Source: a bacterium
GTDB lineage: Bacteria > UBA10199 > 2-02-FULL-44-16 > JAAZCA01
Reading direction: 5' to 3'
DNA length: 64,000 nucleotides
NCBI GenBank assembly: GCA_963674695.2
Contig: CAXXGI010000001.1
Coordinates: forward strand, 224,001 to 288,000
The notes under the pieces were generated by a model. The model had not been told where the DNA came from. It was given only the letters and a program-made list of their open reading frames with translations, and made no database searches. Made by a program: the position numbers and the translations under genes. Position 1 is the first letter of the stretch. Each line of letters opens with the position of its first letter. Positions 18,655-29,723 of the stretch are shown piece by piece.

Positions 18655-19776
18655 ATGAAGTCAAAGCTGGAACACCTCATCATCCTCCATCGGCCACAGC
18701 TGCGCACCGTCCTCGAAGAGAGTGCGCAGTCGATGAGCATGAGCGATGCCACGATCGTCGGCATGGCGCTCAAGCGACCCGAGGTCGTTCACAACAATTC
18801 CATCGCCCAGGATGTCTTGCATCATTTTCTCGATCGCCCAGAGACACGGGAAGCGATCGGGACCGAAGCCGCCGCACATATTCAGCACGAGATTCGTTCG
18901 CGCATGGAGCAGTCGACGTTTGCATCGGCCAAACGATTTGCTTCCGAGGCACCTCCCGCAAAACCAACGCTACGCACACTCGGCGCACTCCCCCCCATCG
19001 ACGTCATGCTCCTCTCCCGCTTGAGCGCCGAAGAGATCGAAATGCGCCTCGATGCCCTCGGGATACTGCCGCCGCTGGACACGCCGGAACTCATGGCGCT
19101 CATCGAGGCCTGGAGGATGAGCCACTTTGAGACCTTTCGTTCTGATCCCGCATCGCTGATCATCTCACCGCAGACCAGCCCCTACCTCCTGGAACTCCTC
19201 CCCGAAGGGGAGCCCGACTGGAAGTGGCAAGCGGCGACTCGCGCCTTTCGAAATGCCATGGTGTACTACCCTCAGACCTATATCATGCAATCGCTGATCA
19301 TCGAACGACTCAATCTGAGCGAGGCATTTGTACACTTCTCAAGCCAACAACCCGAATTCGCATTCCATGCCATGGACCGAACTTCCATCCCCTCCTACAA
19401 CGGCATCGACGCGCCCTTTATCATATCGATCCCAAACCTCTCGGCCATTCGCACGACCTATCTCTTTTTACTCCTCCACCGCGATCATATCCTCAGCATG
19501 AGCCATCGCGGAACCATGACCTCCGAAGAAATCATCACAAACAAACCGGAGAGCGGAGAAAACCAGAGCGGTACGCCGAGCACTTCCAATCACAACCCGC
19601 CGACCTCATCAAACCCCGGGAATGACATATCCTCCATGCACAGTGGTGCATTCGACGAGGCGATGATCGCCGGCGCCCTGATGCAGACGGATACATCGAT
19701 CATGGATATGGGCACGTTTCAGACAGATCCTCTCTTCGGCGTCATGCCGCTGCCGGTCACATCGCTGATGCATTAA
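18655..19776 (+). CDS. Array gene 4: hypothetical protein (373 aa) with C-terminal linker and tail
   Basis: The ORF fills the gap between genes 3 and 5 and ends ...DEAMIAGALMQTDTSIMDMGTFQTDPLFGVMPLPVTSLMH. Confidence 0.8.
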   Translation: MKSKLEHLIILHRPQLRTVLEESAQSMSMSDATIVGMALKRPEVVHNNSIAQDVLHHFLDRPETREAIGTEAAAHIQHEIRSRMEQSTFASAKRFASEAPPAKPTLRTLGALPPIDVMLLSRLSAEEIEMRLDALGILPPLDTPELMALIEAWRMSHFETFRSDPASLIISPQTSPYLLELLPEGEPDWKWQAATRAFRNAMVYYPQTYIMQSLIIERLNLSEAFVHFSSQQPEFAFHAMDRTSIPSYNGIDAPFIISIPNLSAIRTTYLFLLLHRDHILSMSHRGTMTSEEIITNKPESGENQSGTPSTSNHNPPTSSNPGNDISSMHSGAFDEAMIAGALMQTDTSIMDMGTFQTDPLFGVMPLPVTSLMH

Positions 19777-19812
19777 ACTGTTGCACACCCCCGATGCGAC
19801 AGTTCTAAACAG

Positions 19813-19842
19813 CACGCAACTTTCCTTGCATTTCTGCGAAAA
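19813..19842 (+). promoter_or_regulatory. Putative alternative-sigma promoter, array gene 5
   Basis: CACGCAAC TTTCCTTGCATTTCTG CGAAAA. Confidence 0.65.
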
Positions 19843-19881
19843 GACGGGGACGAAGCGACCCTACCGCATGCATGGAGAGAT

Positions 19882-22800
19882 ATGAGCATCAACAGCATTT
19901 CGATCCAAATCGCGCAGACGCTCGCACAGTCGGTCACGACGGCGATCGATGAGGGCGACGGTTCCTCCGTATCCGATCGCGCCGATCAGTTCCTGCCGGA
20001 CGCGGCAACTCGCGAGAGTACGTTCGCGTTCACACCGAAACAGCTCGGCGATGTGATCGACGCGATGACCGAGACTTTCCTGCGCAACACGAGGGCCTCG
20101 TCGCTGGCGCGCTATGACATCGCCACTACCTTCCGCAACGCCTTTCATATCCTCACAAACGAACAATTTCCGAAAATGCGCGAACGCATCGCCAAGGGCG
20201 AAACACCGAGCCCAAAGCAGATTGCCCAGCTTATCACCGCGAGCCTCAAGAAGGGATATGCCGAGGCCCACCGCACCACACAGAAGAGCGCCGCCCTTCA
20301 TATTGCTCCCTACGCCGAGATCCTCGCCCCGTTCGTCGAGCGCTATGCTGCGCGCCTCGATCTCGTCGGGAGCAAAGATCCCGCAAGCACCCCAAAGCGA
20401 ACCCAGAAGAAATCGCCGAGCCAAGCGGCACAAACCATTTCACCGACGGCAGCGGCGAAGATCATTGTGCGCGCACGTACACGCATCGATGCCATGCAAG
20501 CATGGATCCTTACGCTCGACGGAGATGCGCAGCAACGCGCGGAAGAGAACCTCAATCGCGCCACCTCGCTCATCACAGAGACCGGGCTCACCTCACTCGG
20601 AGCCGATGAAATCGAGATCGCCGATGCATTGGAACGCCTGGGGGCAGTGCAGATCCTCGCAGCGACGGAGGCCGTCCTCGAGATCGAAGAGGCCTTCATC
20701 GCCGTGCGCGCGCTCGTTCATAAGGCCGCCATCGACGACAGCACCCTGCAGACCGATCGCTTTCTCGATCGCGCGATCGTCGCCCAGGGACGGGCACGCA
20801 CCCTGCGGGATGACCTGAACGACTGGATCGCCGCACGGCCGGAATGCGCGGAACACGACGCAGCACTGCGAACCGCGCTCGATCACTATCTACGCTTTTG
20901 GCTGAACGCCCATCGTGAGGATACGAGCCAACGCCTCACGCTCATTCCGGAGATGCGCGAAGACGCCGTCGCCCTCACGCTGTCCGCGGCGGGCGATGAA
21001 CGGCATGCGTTCAACGCGATCTTTCGCCAACTGCTCGCGCATCTGGTCATCAGCGCTCAGCAGCGCAGTCTGCAATCCATTGCAGACGGCATCGAGCGAA
21101 AGCCGGAGACCAAACAGGAAGGCACGTCACACCCGCAACAGGAATCCGACGTGCGCACGCGTCTGGCCCACCGACGCAAACAGCTGCAGGGCGAACGAGG
21201 CAGCGACATCCTCACGGCCTCTCAAACGGCGTCCACGCGAAAAACAACACCCACGAGTGCTACAACACCGCCGAGCCGCAGACGTCCGTTCATCCCGGGC
21301 GGAACACAGGGACTCGGTTCACTCATCGACGAATATGAACGCCTCATCGGACCGATCGATCCGGATCAATTCGAGCGAGAGACCGGCTCGGATCTCAAAC
21401 GCGTTCGGCAGTATGGGGAGATCCGACGCGATCGCCTCGCCTCTGCCGCGCGCTGGAATATCCTGCGTCGGCTCATGCAGGGAACCCCATGGGAAACCCT
21501 CGTGGCCGATGCCGAGGAGAACGAAACACTCGATCGACTCATCCTGCGCTATCCGCCGGCAAACGCCTCAACCGCATGGCCTCAACAGGTTTGGCAGGCC
21601 AGGCAGCAGGATCGCCTCGTCGAACTGGCTCGCTCCTATACCCCGAGCGCCTTCCTCCTCGGCATGAACCTGCGCGCGATGCTCGAGCGCAATCCACCGA
21701 AGGATGCCGACGAAAAGAAGTGGAAGAAGACGGTCACCGAATACGCAGAGGCGGGGCTCGTCACCGATTTTGAACTCTCGGAATACGATCGCCCCCCGTA
21801 CCTGGCGAAGCAGGATTGGGAGCTCGTCATCGCCCATCACATCGCAAACGACGATCTCGAACGCATCTCGACCGAGCCGCGGCACGCGAATGCCAACGCG
21901 GAGCTGTTGGCGATCTTCGATGCCCTCTGGACCCGGGCGCGCCGCCACGGCTTTGAACTCGACCCGATCGATCTTCTCGCGGGCGCCTCCCCGATCATCC
22001 GCAGTATGCGCGATCGGGCAACGGCCAACGGCACCATCGACGTCTTCGTTCCTCGCTTTATGGCCGAACTCAAATATGAAAATTTCGGCACGCCGACGCT
22101 GGCGCGCTTGCTCGGCGGTCTGGACCAGATCCCCGAAGCAACGCGACTCAACCAGGAGCGCGGCGGCGTCATCCGCATGAGCTGGATGACCCTCGATCGC
22201 ATCAACACGCCGCTGGCGGTCGCCGACATCAGCGGCCTGGACGATCAGGAACGCCGCCACAAAGAGTTCGACGGCGGCTTTATGCGCTGGGTGGATCTCG
22301 CGCTCAACATCACGCCGCAGATTCAGGATGCCTCCGGACGCGCGCAGGGTCGCGCCGCACTCCCTGCGGCAAGTCGATATCGTTTCCAACTCACGCCCAA
22401 CCCCGCCGAATACGTCGTCGACGAATCCGAGGGTGCCGCTCACGATATCTCGAGTGTTCTGACTAACGCGGGCCGCGGATATTACGGCCGGCTCCTGCAC
22501 CGGGTGGACGACTATCTGAACGCGATCATTTCGCTCCCGTTTGAAGTGACGATCACCAGCATTCCCCAACAGGGCCGCGAAGAGACGCAGACCATACCCG
22601 TGGAAACGCTGCGCGAAGAGGTCAGTGCGCTCATGAGCGAAGAGGAAGAAAACCGCGTGCTGCTCCAGGTCGGTTCGATGGATGCGGAACTCCAGAGCGA
22701 TCTGGAATCCTTCTATGCGGCGCTCGGCCGAAGACTGCGTGAAATGCTCTATCACATGCCGGCACGCGGCACGGCTGTGATCGGCGACCATGCGATCCCC

Positions 22801-25800
22801 TTTCAGGCCGTCTCCGCACTCGTACGCACGCGGATCGCTGCCCAGGCGGGCAACAGAACAACGCTCATCGTCGACAACACCACAGCGGCATCGCTCTCGA
22901 ACGACCGTCGAAATGCCTTGGCAACAATTCGCCTGCTCATCCCTCTTGCACACCGCGAGGGAAGACTCGCGCCCGGCGCGGAATCGAGCATGGCCCTGCT
23001 TCACGATGGTATCGCCCCGCTCTGGACAGACGACATCCATCGCCTGGATCAGGCCGTGCAGGATTATCAGCGATACGCCAACGCCAGACCGCTCGACGAT
23101 GCCGGCACGGACCTCGCTCAGATCCTGCGCACCGGAGGAGCCGGCGCACACGTACGCGTTCTTCCGATCGGCCCGATGCTGCCGGGGGGCAGCGCCGCCT
23201 GGCGCGAACAGTTTCCGTCCTTCGCCCGCAAGCGCGATGCCGATCACAGCATGATCGATGCCGGGATCGAGGCGATGACCGAATACTTCGCCACCAGCAA
23301 GGGATTCACGGGACACTTCTGGAAGCGCGACCTCGACCGCATCACGTCGAAGTGGGCAGACTACGCCGACGTCGACGCGCAAACCCTTCGCGCCCACATC
23401 GTCGCCTTCCTGCCGACCATCGGCGTCGCAAACGGCAAACCGAAGGATTGGATCGTTTCGATCGATCCGAGCGCACCGGAAGGAATCGCGCGCACGGATC
23501 TGGCCAACCGCGCCCTGCACATCTATCTCGAACTCTTCGCCCAAACGCCTCACATGACCACGAAGGTTCCGATCGAGGAGACGCTCCTCACGGATGTCAT
23601 CAATCGCACCTTCGCGGAATATGGCGCCGAGCTCGCCCATCGACCGAAACAACGCCTCGTGTTGCGCGAGACGCGCCTGCTGCTCGAGCGCCACAATGCG
23701 CAATCGAGCACCCCCACGATGCGAGCACAGGTCACGCTCCCCAGAACGGGACTCGGGCAGAAGACGGATGCGGAGGCGATGGAGCGGTGGCAACGGCTCA
23801 CCACGCACGCACGCTTCGGCATCGCTGCATTCGCGCGCCAGCACTTTCACGCACCGTATGCCACCGACGCCGCCATCGAGGAACTCGCGCTGCGCTTTGC
23901 CAATGAACGGCTCTTCTCGGCAGGAGCCATCGCGACGGAAACGATCGCATTGGAACTCGTCGGCGAAAATTTCCTCCCCTTCGAAGCAATCGCGCATCGC
24001 ATGGCGCTGGGAATGGCCCAGATTCTCGACGCCTATCTCACGCACGTCACCGAACACACCGATGCCATACACGCGCGCGCGATCGAGGCGATCGAGGCAA
24101 CCGCGAATGACGACGCCTTCTTTGCAGCGAACGAAGCCGAGTTTCGCGAGACTCTCGTTGCACGGCACGACCTGCCCGCATTCACAACGCTCATCGAAAC
24201 CGAAGCGAATGGAAGGCTCGCGCACGCGCTCGCCGGGAGCGAAGCGCCCGAGATCTCGATCGAGACATACACACAGGAACGCTACGCCGAGACCGTTGCC
24301 CCGCGCTATGAACACGCTCGCGCCGCGCGCGAGACGAGCGCGACCGAGATGGAGCAGCACCTTGCGGCCATCGGAGAGCTGCATGCCCAGGTGATGGCGC
24401 TCTCGGCTCGATACATGACGGCGATCGACGCCTCCGACATGAACCGCAATATCATCGAGCGCTGGAGCAAAACCCTCGAGGCGGGAGCGACCGCACTCGC
24501 AACGGCTCGCGAGAAGAAACCGGCGCTCATGTCATGGCTCGATGCGATCCAGGCCATCGCGCTCGACCTGGCCGACGCCCCGCACCCGACGCTCGAACGC
24601 CCGGGCGTGATGGACCGGGCGGTCGCCGCCGAAACAAGCGCTGAGGAAATCGCGACAACGCTCGACGCGACCGATGCGCGCGTGAAGGAAAATCGCCAGG
24701 CTCTCGATGATCGTCTGAAGGACATTGAAGCGAGGGAAGAGGCGCAGGCGATCGCGCAGACGGCACATACCCTCACCGGAGCGTTGACCACACAGAAAGA
24801 CATGCTGCAGCAAGCCGTGCAGCAGGCAACTGCCGACATCGATGCGATTCAGACGGATGATATCGATGCCATCGAACGGATCATCGCGTCTCTCAAAAAA
24901 GAGCTCTCCGACGAAAAAATCGGCCACGATCGCTTCGATGATGGCAGGAGCGCACAGGTGGTGATCGGCAACACGTCCGAAAAACTCCACGGACGCCTTC
25001 GGGAAATCGAAGCGCACCTTGAAAAGGCATGCAAAGGGGAAAAGGGGAACCTGACATCTACGCTCAAACAGGCCCGGACAATCCTCCAGAGAATCGACGG
25101 CGAAGATCCAGCCCTTGCGGCGCAGATCGCAGCGATCGAGGAAACGCTTGGGAAAACAGAGACGCTCATCGCTCGGATCACTGCCCTTCATGTGCAGATC
25201 GACGCCTTCTCCGAAACGGTCGCGCAGACGATCACCGCAGCAGAACCCAAACTCACCGTCGCCGATGCGATCGACTTGAGCCCCTTCCGCACGTCACCCA
25301 GGGCAGCCGCATCACCGTCCGATCTCGTCCTGAACGATGAAGCCATCGCGGGAAACCCGCACTTCAAGGCCAAACAGCGTCTCGCGCCGATTCTTGATGG
25401 AGGCGTGTTCTCGTATGCGGGCAAAGCACATCTACTCTCAGCTGATACGATAAAGCGGATCACAATCTGGATGACGAATGGTCGAACAGAAACGCTCACC
25501 TTTACCGACCTCTTCGACACGAACATCAAACTGGCGGCAGGAACATACGGCCTGCGCCTCGACGCGCGCAGCGATCTCATCGAGCACAATCCCGATCACG
25601 CCTATGCGCGTATCATCGCGACGCTGACGCTGGTCATCGAGGAAAAGGGGGGCGCCTCTGAAATCCTCTGGCGACTGGCGAGTCAATCACTCGGACAGAC
25701 AACGAACACCAAGGCACAGGCGCTGATGCGCAACCTCATGGCCACGCTGGCCGAACAGAAGACACCCGCCAACGCCGCATCCGCGCGCGCAGCCCTGAAC

Positions 25801-28800
25801 GACTGGGCCGTGCGTTATCGCGAGAATCTCTCCCAGGCGCTGGACACTGCCACCATCTCGAAGATTTTTCGAACTCCAGAAACGAAGAGCAAAGCCCCGA
25901 CGGAAACACCGCTCGGAATCGAGAGCGTCTACAGCTCGAACCTGCACGCAGCGATGGCACGACATTTTCAAGCACAGATCGAGATGCCACACCTGGAAAC
26001 GGTCCTGATTCGGAGCGCGAACGCGTTCACCGGCCTCCTCATTGATCCGAAAACGATGCAGCGCAGGCCGGGCCACAGCAATCCCCTCCAGATGAACGAG
26101 ACCACCCGCGTGTACGATTCGGGTCGGGGGAAATGGATACGGTTCAGAGAGATAATGAGCACAGTGGGAACCATCGACCTCAAACGAAATGTCTTCCTCG
26201 TGGACAACCCGCTGACCTCTCCCCGCAATACACGCGTGATGCGTCTGTATACGCGCATCTTTTCCAACCCCGAGTTCATGGATCTGGGATGGCTGATCCT
26301 GCAAGCGCTCACCAACAACATGCCCGCCCCGCTCACCCTGAGCATCATGGGGCTGCTCGAACCGATCACTCAGGCCTCCGAAGAGATGCCGCCGCCGAAG
26401 GAGCTGCACGACGTCCAGCGAACGGCGGTCGAACTCTACCGGATCTGGACGGAACCCGTCGAAGCGATGCCCGAGGTCGAGCGCTTCGATGTTGAGAATG
26501 CGAGCGCGACCATCGATGTCTTCCTCGACAAGGTCTCGATCAATTCCGAACTCGTCTCGCATAAGCTCACAACCGAGATACCGCGAAACCCGAAGCTGCG
26601 CCGTGAAATCGCCATGCTCCTCATGCTCTCGGCGGTCACATCCGACGACTATGTCGACGCACGAACGATCGATCAGGAGAAATCGAAGCAGATCTACGAG
26701 TTCATCATGGAGCGCTTCGCCACCATCGCCAGAGCGATGCTCTTTGGGAACGCCTCAAAACGCGACCATACGTTCAACGCCGTGCTCAAGGACGGAAAGA
26801 CCGAAGCGCTCTATCGAGAGCTCCGCCCCCTGATCCTGGCCGACCGCACCAGAAACATCATTCGTTTCAAGGAGGCGAAACAGGTCGACAACGCCATGAT
26901 GCAGCGACGAGTCCTCTTTGCCGAGCCGAGCCCGGCGATGATCGCTCGATTTCCGGAGCTGGGCCGCGTTCCGATCGACGCCATCTTGAAGGCCCTCGAC
27001 CTGGATATCGAAACCGGTTTCGGCGAATTCGGCTATGTCCTGCCGGAGCTGGCCCCCTTGCTGACAATCCTGGCGATCGCGGAGCCATGTCTCCCACAAT
27101 CGTTGCGCCAGGAAACGGAGAAGCTCTTTGAACAGATCACCAACGAGGCTATCGACCTCTCACAGAACAGGAAACGCGACCGGAGCGCCATCCTCGATGG
27201 CATCGCGGAACAGACCATCGAACTCTACGCCGCCCACCGCGAGGCGATCCACGATGCGCTGCGCGAAACCGACCCGCGGACGGGGCGCACCTTCGCCTAC
27301 GGTCTCTTCGGCACCGACGCCTTCGCGCGCGAAGAGGAGCCGACCTGGGAAGAGATGCGAGCCTATCCGCTTGTGCGACTCCTCATGCCGGAGAGCGCAC
27401 AGGTCGCGCCTTCATCGCAGAAGATGATGCACTCGGACATGCTGCAGGGAAAGCTCACACTCCCCGGAGTGCCGTCTCCAACGGCAGACGCCATCCGCGA
27501 CTATGCGCTCGCCTTTCGCGAACACGTCGATCCGGGGTTCGTCTTTATCCTGCTCGGCCTCGAAAATGCCGAGCAGCTCCCCCGGCCGCTGGCCGATTAT
27601 TTCACGCAGCGGGAATGGTCGCGACCGGCCGTGCCCGAGCGCGGGGCGCCGGACTATCTCGCACGCAAGACCGACACGATGGCAGAAATTTTTATCACCT
27701 TTCAGCGAACCACCTTCGAGATCGCCGACATCCTGCGTGAGCCCGGCGTCCTGGCCGAGATGCGCGAAAGTCTCTCGGAAAACAACGGCCACCCTTCGAT
27801 CGCACTCGTCGGTACCGGCATGGAAGAGCCCTGGCTCCCCCTTCTCGTCCGACCGAAGCAGGTGGTCGATCGCCGGCTCGTCGAGATCATCCCGGAGCTC
27901 GGAGCATTCCAAACCCTTCCGGACGGGTATGATCGGCAGGACCCCATCACCGAGGCCGAGCCCCTGCTGCTGCTCTTCGACATCGCTCGCACGCACTTCT
28001 CGAAGCGGATGGAGCATGATTTCAAAGCGATCGCCAAGTGGATACGACAACATCTAGACGATGCAGCTGAACTCAATACGCCCAGGGCCCTCAAGCGAAA
28101 CGAATCATTCATGGCGCATCTCATCCCCTTCGTGCAACGGCATCGGGATGAGATCCGGGGCATGCTCTACACGCCGCTCAATAGCTTCCCGCGCGCGACG
28201 TTCAAACCCTATCTCGACGAGGGATCGTTCTCGCTCGACGATCATCTGCTCGAACTGATCACCGGCGATCATTTTCCACTCGACCCGCAGCTGCGCAACG
28301 CCCTGCCGATGCGCGCCGACGATCTGACCGAACACGACATCAACACCGCGCGCGCGATCCTGGGATCACACGCCTGGCTCGGGGATGCGATCGGCGATGA
28401 CAACCGCATCGCGCTGCGCGGCCAGATCGCCTGGCGTCTGGAAAACGCGATCGCGTCAGCAGAAAGCAAACCCCTTGGCGCGACGCTCATCACGCAGCTC
28501 GCCGACATTCCGGATGAATTCTATCCGGCCATGATGCTGCCCTGGTCGCAGGCGCTCCCCGAAGTTCATCACGATATGTTTGCCCATACCCTTCAGTCGA
28601 GCGGTGCCCTCGACGCCGAGCACGGCATCGTCGACCCGGATCGTCTCCTCTACGAACACGCCTGGATCCTCGTCGACGACCACGCGCACTTCTTTCCCCT
28701 CGTCAACCGCGCGCGATTCGACGAAAGAGCCACTCCCCTGCCGCGTCTCATACCGACGCAGGAACACCTATCACTCCCCGATCCGGCAGACGCCACCGTC

Positions 28801-29511
28801 GCCGATATCGACGCCTTCTTCAATGGGCTCCTCCAACGGGGAGAGCGCTCCGACCCGATCGGGCGAGAATACGCCATCGAGAGTGCCGTCAACAATTTTC
28901 AGGGCCAGATGAAAGGGACCTTTTTTTCATTCGAACCACCGTGGCTCAAGGGCACGCGCAAGAACAATTTTCTGGAGACCCTCCATCCGGCGGGAAGAAA
29001 GATCCTCTTTCTCGAAGCCATGTTCTGTATGCGCCCGGGGGACATGAACAAGTGGGGATATACCCTCGTATCCGAATTTCTGGAACGATTGACCAAGGAA
29101 CGGATCAAAGAGACCGATATCGACGGCATCGTGCGCATGCTCTACACGGTCTTTTGCGAACAGCGCCGATACGAGCTCCAGGAGATCATCGCAAACCCCG
29201 CGCGCCTCGAAGAGATCCTGGATGATGTCCAATCACGGCCGCTCAAAAATCGAAAGGGCGGCGGATCGAACACGCCGCCGACGAGCAGCGCGCCGCCCAC
29301 GAGCGGCACGCCGCCGACGACACCATCGGGCCCGGGCGGATCGCAGGCCAGCGCTCTGACCACCGACACCGCGCTCGCTTCGGGCCTGGATCTTATCATT
29401 GCGGATACGAACGCCCTCATGCCGGTGGAAACCGAGATGATGGATATGAGCGCCGACACCTATCTCTACCCCATGCTCACCGCACCGATGACAGCGGCGA
29501 TGATACTCTAG
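19882..29511 (+). CDS. Array gene 5: giant helical protein (3209 aa), paralog of genes 6 and 8
   Basis: 9.6-kb ORF with a GGAGAG RBS. Collinear motifs are shared with the other two giants, and there is a central coiled-coil-like region. Confidence 0.92.
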   Translation: MSINSISIQIAQTLAQSVTTAIDEGDGSSVSDRADQFLPDAATRESTFAFTPKQLGDVIDAMTETFLRNTRASSLARYDIATTFRNAFHILTNEQFPKMRERIAKGETPSPKQIAQLITASLKKGYAEAHRTTQKSAALHIAPYAEILAPFVERYAARLDLVGSKDPASTPKRTQKKSPSQAAQTISPTAAAKIIVRARTRIDAMQAWILTLDGDAQQRAEENLNRATSLITETGLTSLGADEIEIADALERLGAVQILAATEAVLEIEEAFIAVRALVHKAAIDDSTLQTDRFLDRAIVAQGRARTLRDDLNDWIAARPECAEHDAALRTALDHYLRFWLNAHREDTSQRLTLIPEMREDAVALTLSAAGDERHAFNAIFRQLLAHLVISAQQRSLQSIADGIERKPETKQEGTSHPQQESDVRTRLAHRRKQLQGERGSDILTASQTASTRKTTPTSATTPPSRRRPFIPGGTQGLGSLIDEYERLIGPIDPDQFERETGSDLKRVRQYGEIRRDRLASAARWNILRRLMQGTPWETLVADAEENETLDRLILRYPPANASTAWPQQVWQARQQDRLVELARSYTPSAFLLGMNLRAMLERNPPKDADEKKWKKTVTEYAEAGLVTDFELSEYDRPPYLAKQDWELVIAHHIANDDLERISTEPRHANANAELLAIFDALWTRARRHGFELDPIDLLAGASPIIRSMRDRATANGTIDVFVPRFMAELKYENFGTPTLARLLGGLDQIPEATRLNQERGGVIRMSWMTLDRINTPLAVADISGLDDQERRHKEFDGGFMRWVDLALNITPQIQDASGRAQGRAALPAASRYRFQLTPNPAEYVVDESEGAAHDISSVLTNAGRGYYGRLLHRVDDYLNAIISLPFEVTITSIPQQGREETQTIPVETLREEVSALMSEEEENRVLLQVGSMDAELQSDLESFYAALGRRLREMLYHMPARGTAVIGDHAIPFQAVSALVRTRIAAQAGNRTTLIVDNTTAASLSNDRRNALATIRLLIPLAHREGRLAPGAESSMALLHDGIAPLWTDDIHRLDQAVQDYQRYANARPLDDAGTDLAQILRTGGAGAHVRVLPIGPMLPGGSAAWREQFPSFARKRDADHSMIDAGIEAMTEYFATSKGFTGHFWKRDLDRITSKWADYADVDAQTLRAHIVAFLPTIGVANGKPKDWIVSIDPSAPEGIARTDLANRALHIYLELFAQTPHMTTKVPIEETLLTDVINRTFAEYGAELAHRPKQRLVLRETRLLLERHNAQSSTPTMRAQVTLPRTGLGQKTDAEAMERWQRLTTHARFGIAAFARQHFHAPYATDAAIEELALRFANERLFSAGAIATETIALELVGENFLPFEAIAHRMALGMAQILDAYLTHVTEHTDAIHARAIEAIEATANDDAFFAANEAEFRETLVARHDLPAFTTLIETEANGRLAHALAGSEAPEISIETYTQERYAETVAPRYEHARAARETSATEMEQHLAAIGELHAQVMALSARYMTAIDASDMNRNIIERWSKTLEAGATALATAREKKPALMSWLDAIQAIALDLADAPHPTLERPGVMDRAVAAETSAEEIATTLDATDARVKENRQALDDRLKDIEAREEAQAIAQTAHTLTGALTTQKDMLQQAVQQATADIDAIQTDDIDAIERIIASLKKELSDEKIGHDRFDDGRSAQVVIGNTSEKLHGRLREIEAHLEKACKGEKGNLTSTLKQARTILQRIDGEDPALAAQIAAIEETLGKTETLIARITALHVQIDAFSETVAQTITAAEPKLTVADAIDLSPFRTSPRAAASPSDLVLNDEAIAGNPHFKAKQRLAPILDGGVFSYAGKAHLLSADTIKRITIWMTNGRTETLTFTDLFDTNIKLAAGTYGLRLDARSDLIEHNPDHAYARIIATLTLVIEEKGGASEILWRLASQSLGQTTNTKAQALMRNLMATLAEQKTPANAASARAALNDWAVRYRENLSQALDTATISKIFRTPETKSKAPTETPLGIESVYSSNLHAAMARHFQAQIEMPHLETVLIRSANAFTGLLIDPKTMQRRPGHSNPLQMNETTRVYDSGRGKWIRFREIMSTVGTIDLKRNVFLVDNPLTSPRNTRVMRLYTRIFSNPEFMDLGWLILQALTNNMPAPLTLSIMGLLEPITQASEEMPPPKELHDVQRTAVELYRIWTEPVEAMPEVERFDVENASATIDVFLDKVSINSELVSHKLTTEIPRNPKLRREIAMLLMLSAVTSDDYVDARTIDQEKSKQIYEFIMERFATIARAMLFGNASKRDHTFNAVLKDGKTEALYRELRPLILADRTRNIIRFKEAKQVDNAMMQRRVLFAEPSPAMIARFPELGRVPIDAILKALDLDIETGFGEFGYVLPELAPLLTILAIAEPCLPQSLRQETEKLFEQITNEAIDLSQNRKRDRSAILDGIAEQTIELYAAHREAIHDALRETDPRTGRTFAYGLFGTDAFAREEEPTWEEMRAYPLVRLLMPESAQVAPSSQKMMHSDMLQGKLTLPGVPSPTADAIRDYALAFREHVDPGFVFILLGLENAEQLPRPLADYFTQREWSRPAVPERGAPDYLARKTDTMAEIFITFQRTTFEIADILREPGVLAEMRESLSENNGHPSIALVGTGMEEPWLPLLVRPKQVVDRRLVEIIPELGAFQTLPDGYDRQDPITEAEPLLLLFDIARTHFSKRMEHDFKAIAKWIRQHLDDAAELNTPRALKRNESFMAHLIPFVQRHRDEIRGMLYTPLNSFPRATFKPYLDEGSFSLDDHLLELITGDHFPLDPQLRNALPMRADDLTEHDINTARAILGSHAWLGDAIGDDNRIALRGQIAWRLENAIASAESKPLGATLITQLADIPDEFYPAMMLPWSQALPEVHHDMFAHTLQSSGALDAEHGIVDPDRLLYEHAWILVDDHAHFFPLVNRARFDERATPLPRLIPTQEHLSLPDPADATVADIDAFFNGLLQRGERSDPIGREYAIESAVNNFQGQMKGTFFSFEPPWLKGTRKNNFLETLHPAGRKILFLEAMFCMRPGDMNKWGYTLVSEFLERLTKERIKETDIDGIVRMLYTVFCEQRRYELQEIIANPARLEEILDDVQSRPLKNRKGGGSNTPPTSSAPPTSGTPPTTPSGPGGSQASALTTDTALASGLDLIIADTNALMPVETEMMDMSADTYLYPMLTAPMTAAMIL

Positions 29512-29525
29512 TCCTCATTGAAGGT

Positions 29526-29595
29526 GTCATTCCCGCGAACGCGGGAATCTCGCTTATCAACGCTCAATCGAGATCCCCGTTTTCACGGGGATGAC
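29526..29595. repeat. REP-like palindromic repeat, copy 3 (degenerate relative of the 8628-8781 element)
   Basis: CTAGTCCTCATTGAAGGTGTCATTCCCGCG...GGGGATGACAAAAACCAA closely follows the reverse complement of the 8.7-kb element, including part of its end. Confidence 0.85.
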
Positions 29596-29657
29596 AAAAA
29601 CCAAACTCCACCTGTATTTAACCCTGCGCTTTCCAAACTCACGTCAGTTCTAATCAG

Positions 29658-29687
29658 CACGCAACATTCCTGGTATTTCCGCGATAC
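29658..29687 (+). promoter_or_regulatory. Putative alternative-sigma promoter, array gene 6
   Basis: CACGCAAC ATTCCTGGTATTTCCG CGATAC. Confidence 0.65.
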
Positions 29688-29723
29688 ATACGCTACGCGC
29701 TCGTGCGCGAAAGAGGGAGAACT

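Noticed and set aside
21568-24384. 938-aa minus-strand ORF, and similar long antisense ORFs (32118-33899, 35616-38327, 38397-40631, 49875-52280)
   Set aside because: These are antisense shadows of the giant genes, expected in high-GC coding DNA. They have no motifs, whereas the plus-strand frames show paralogy.
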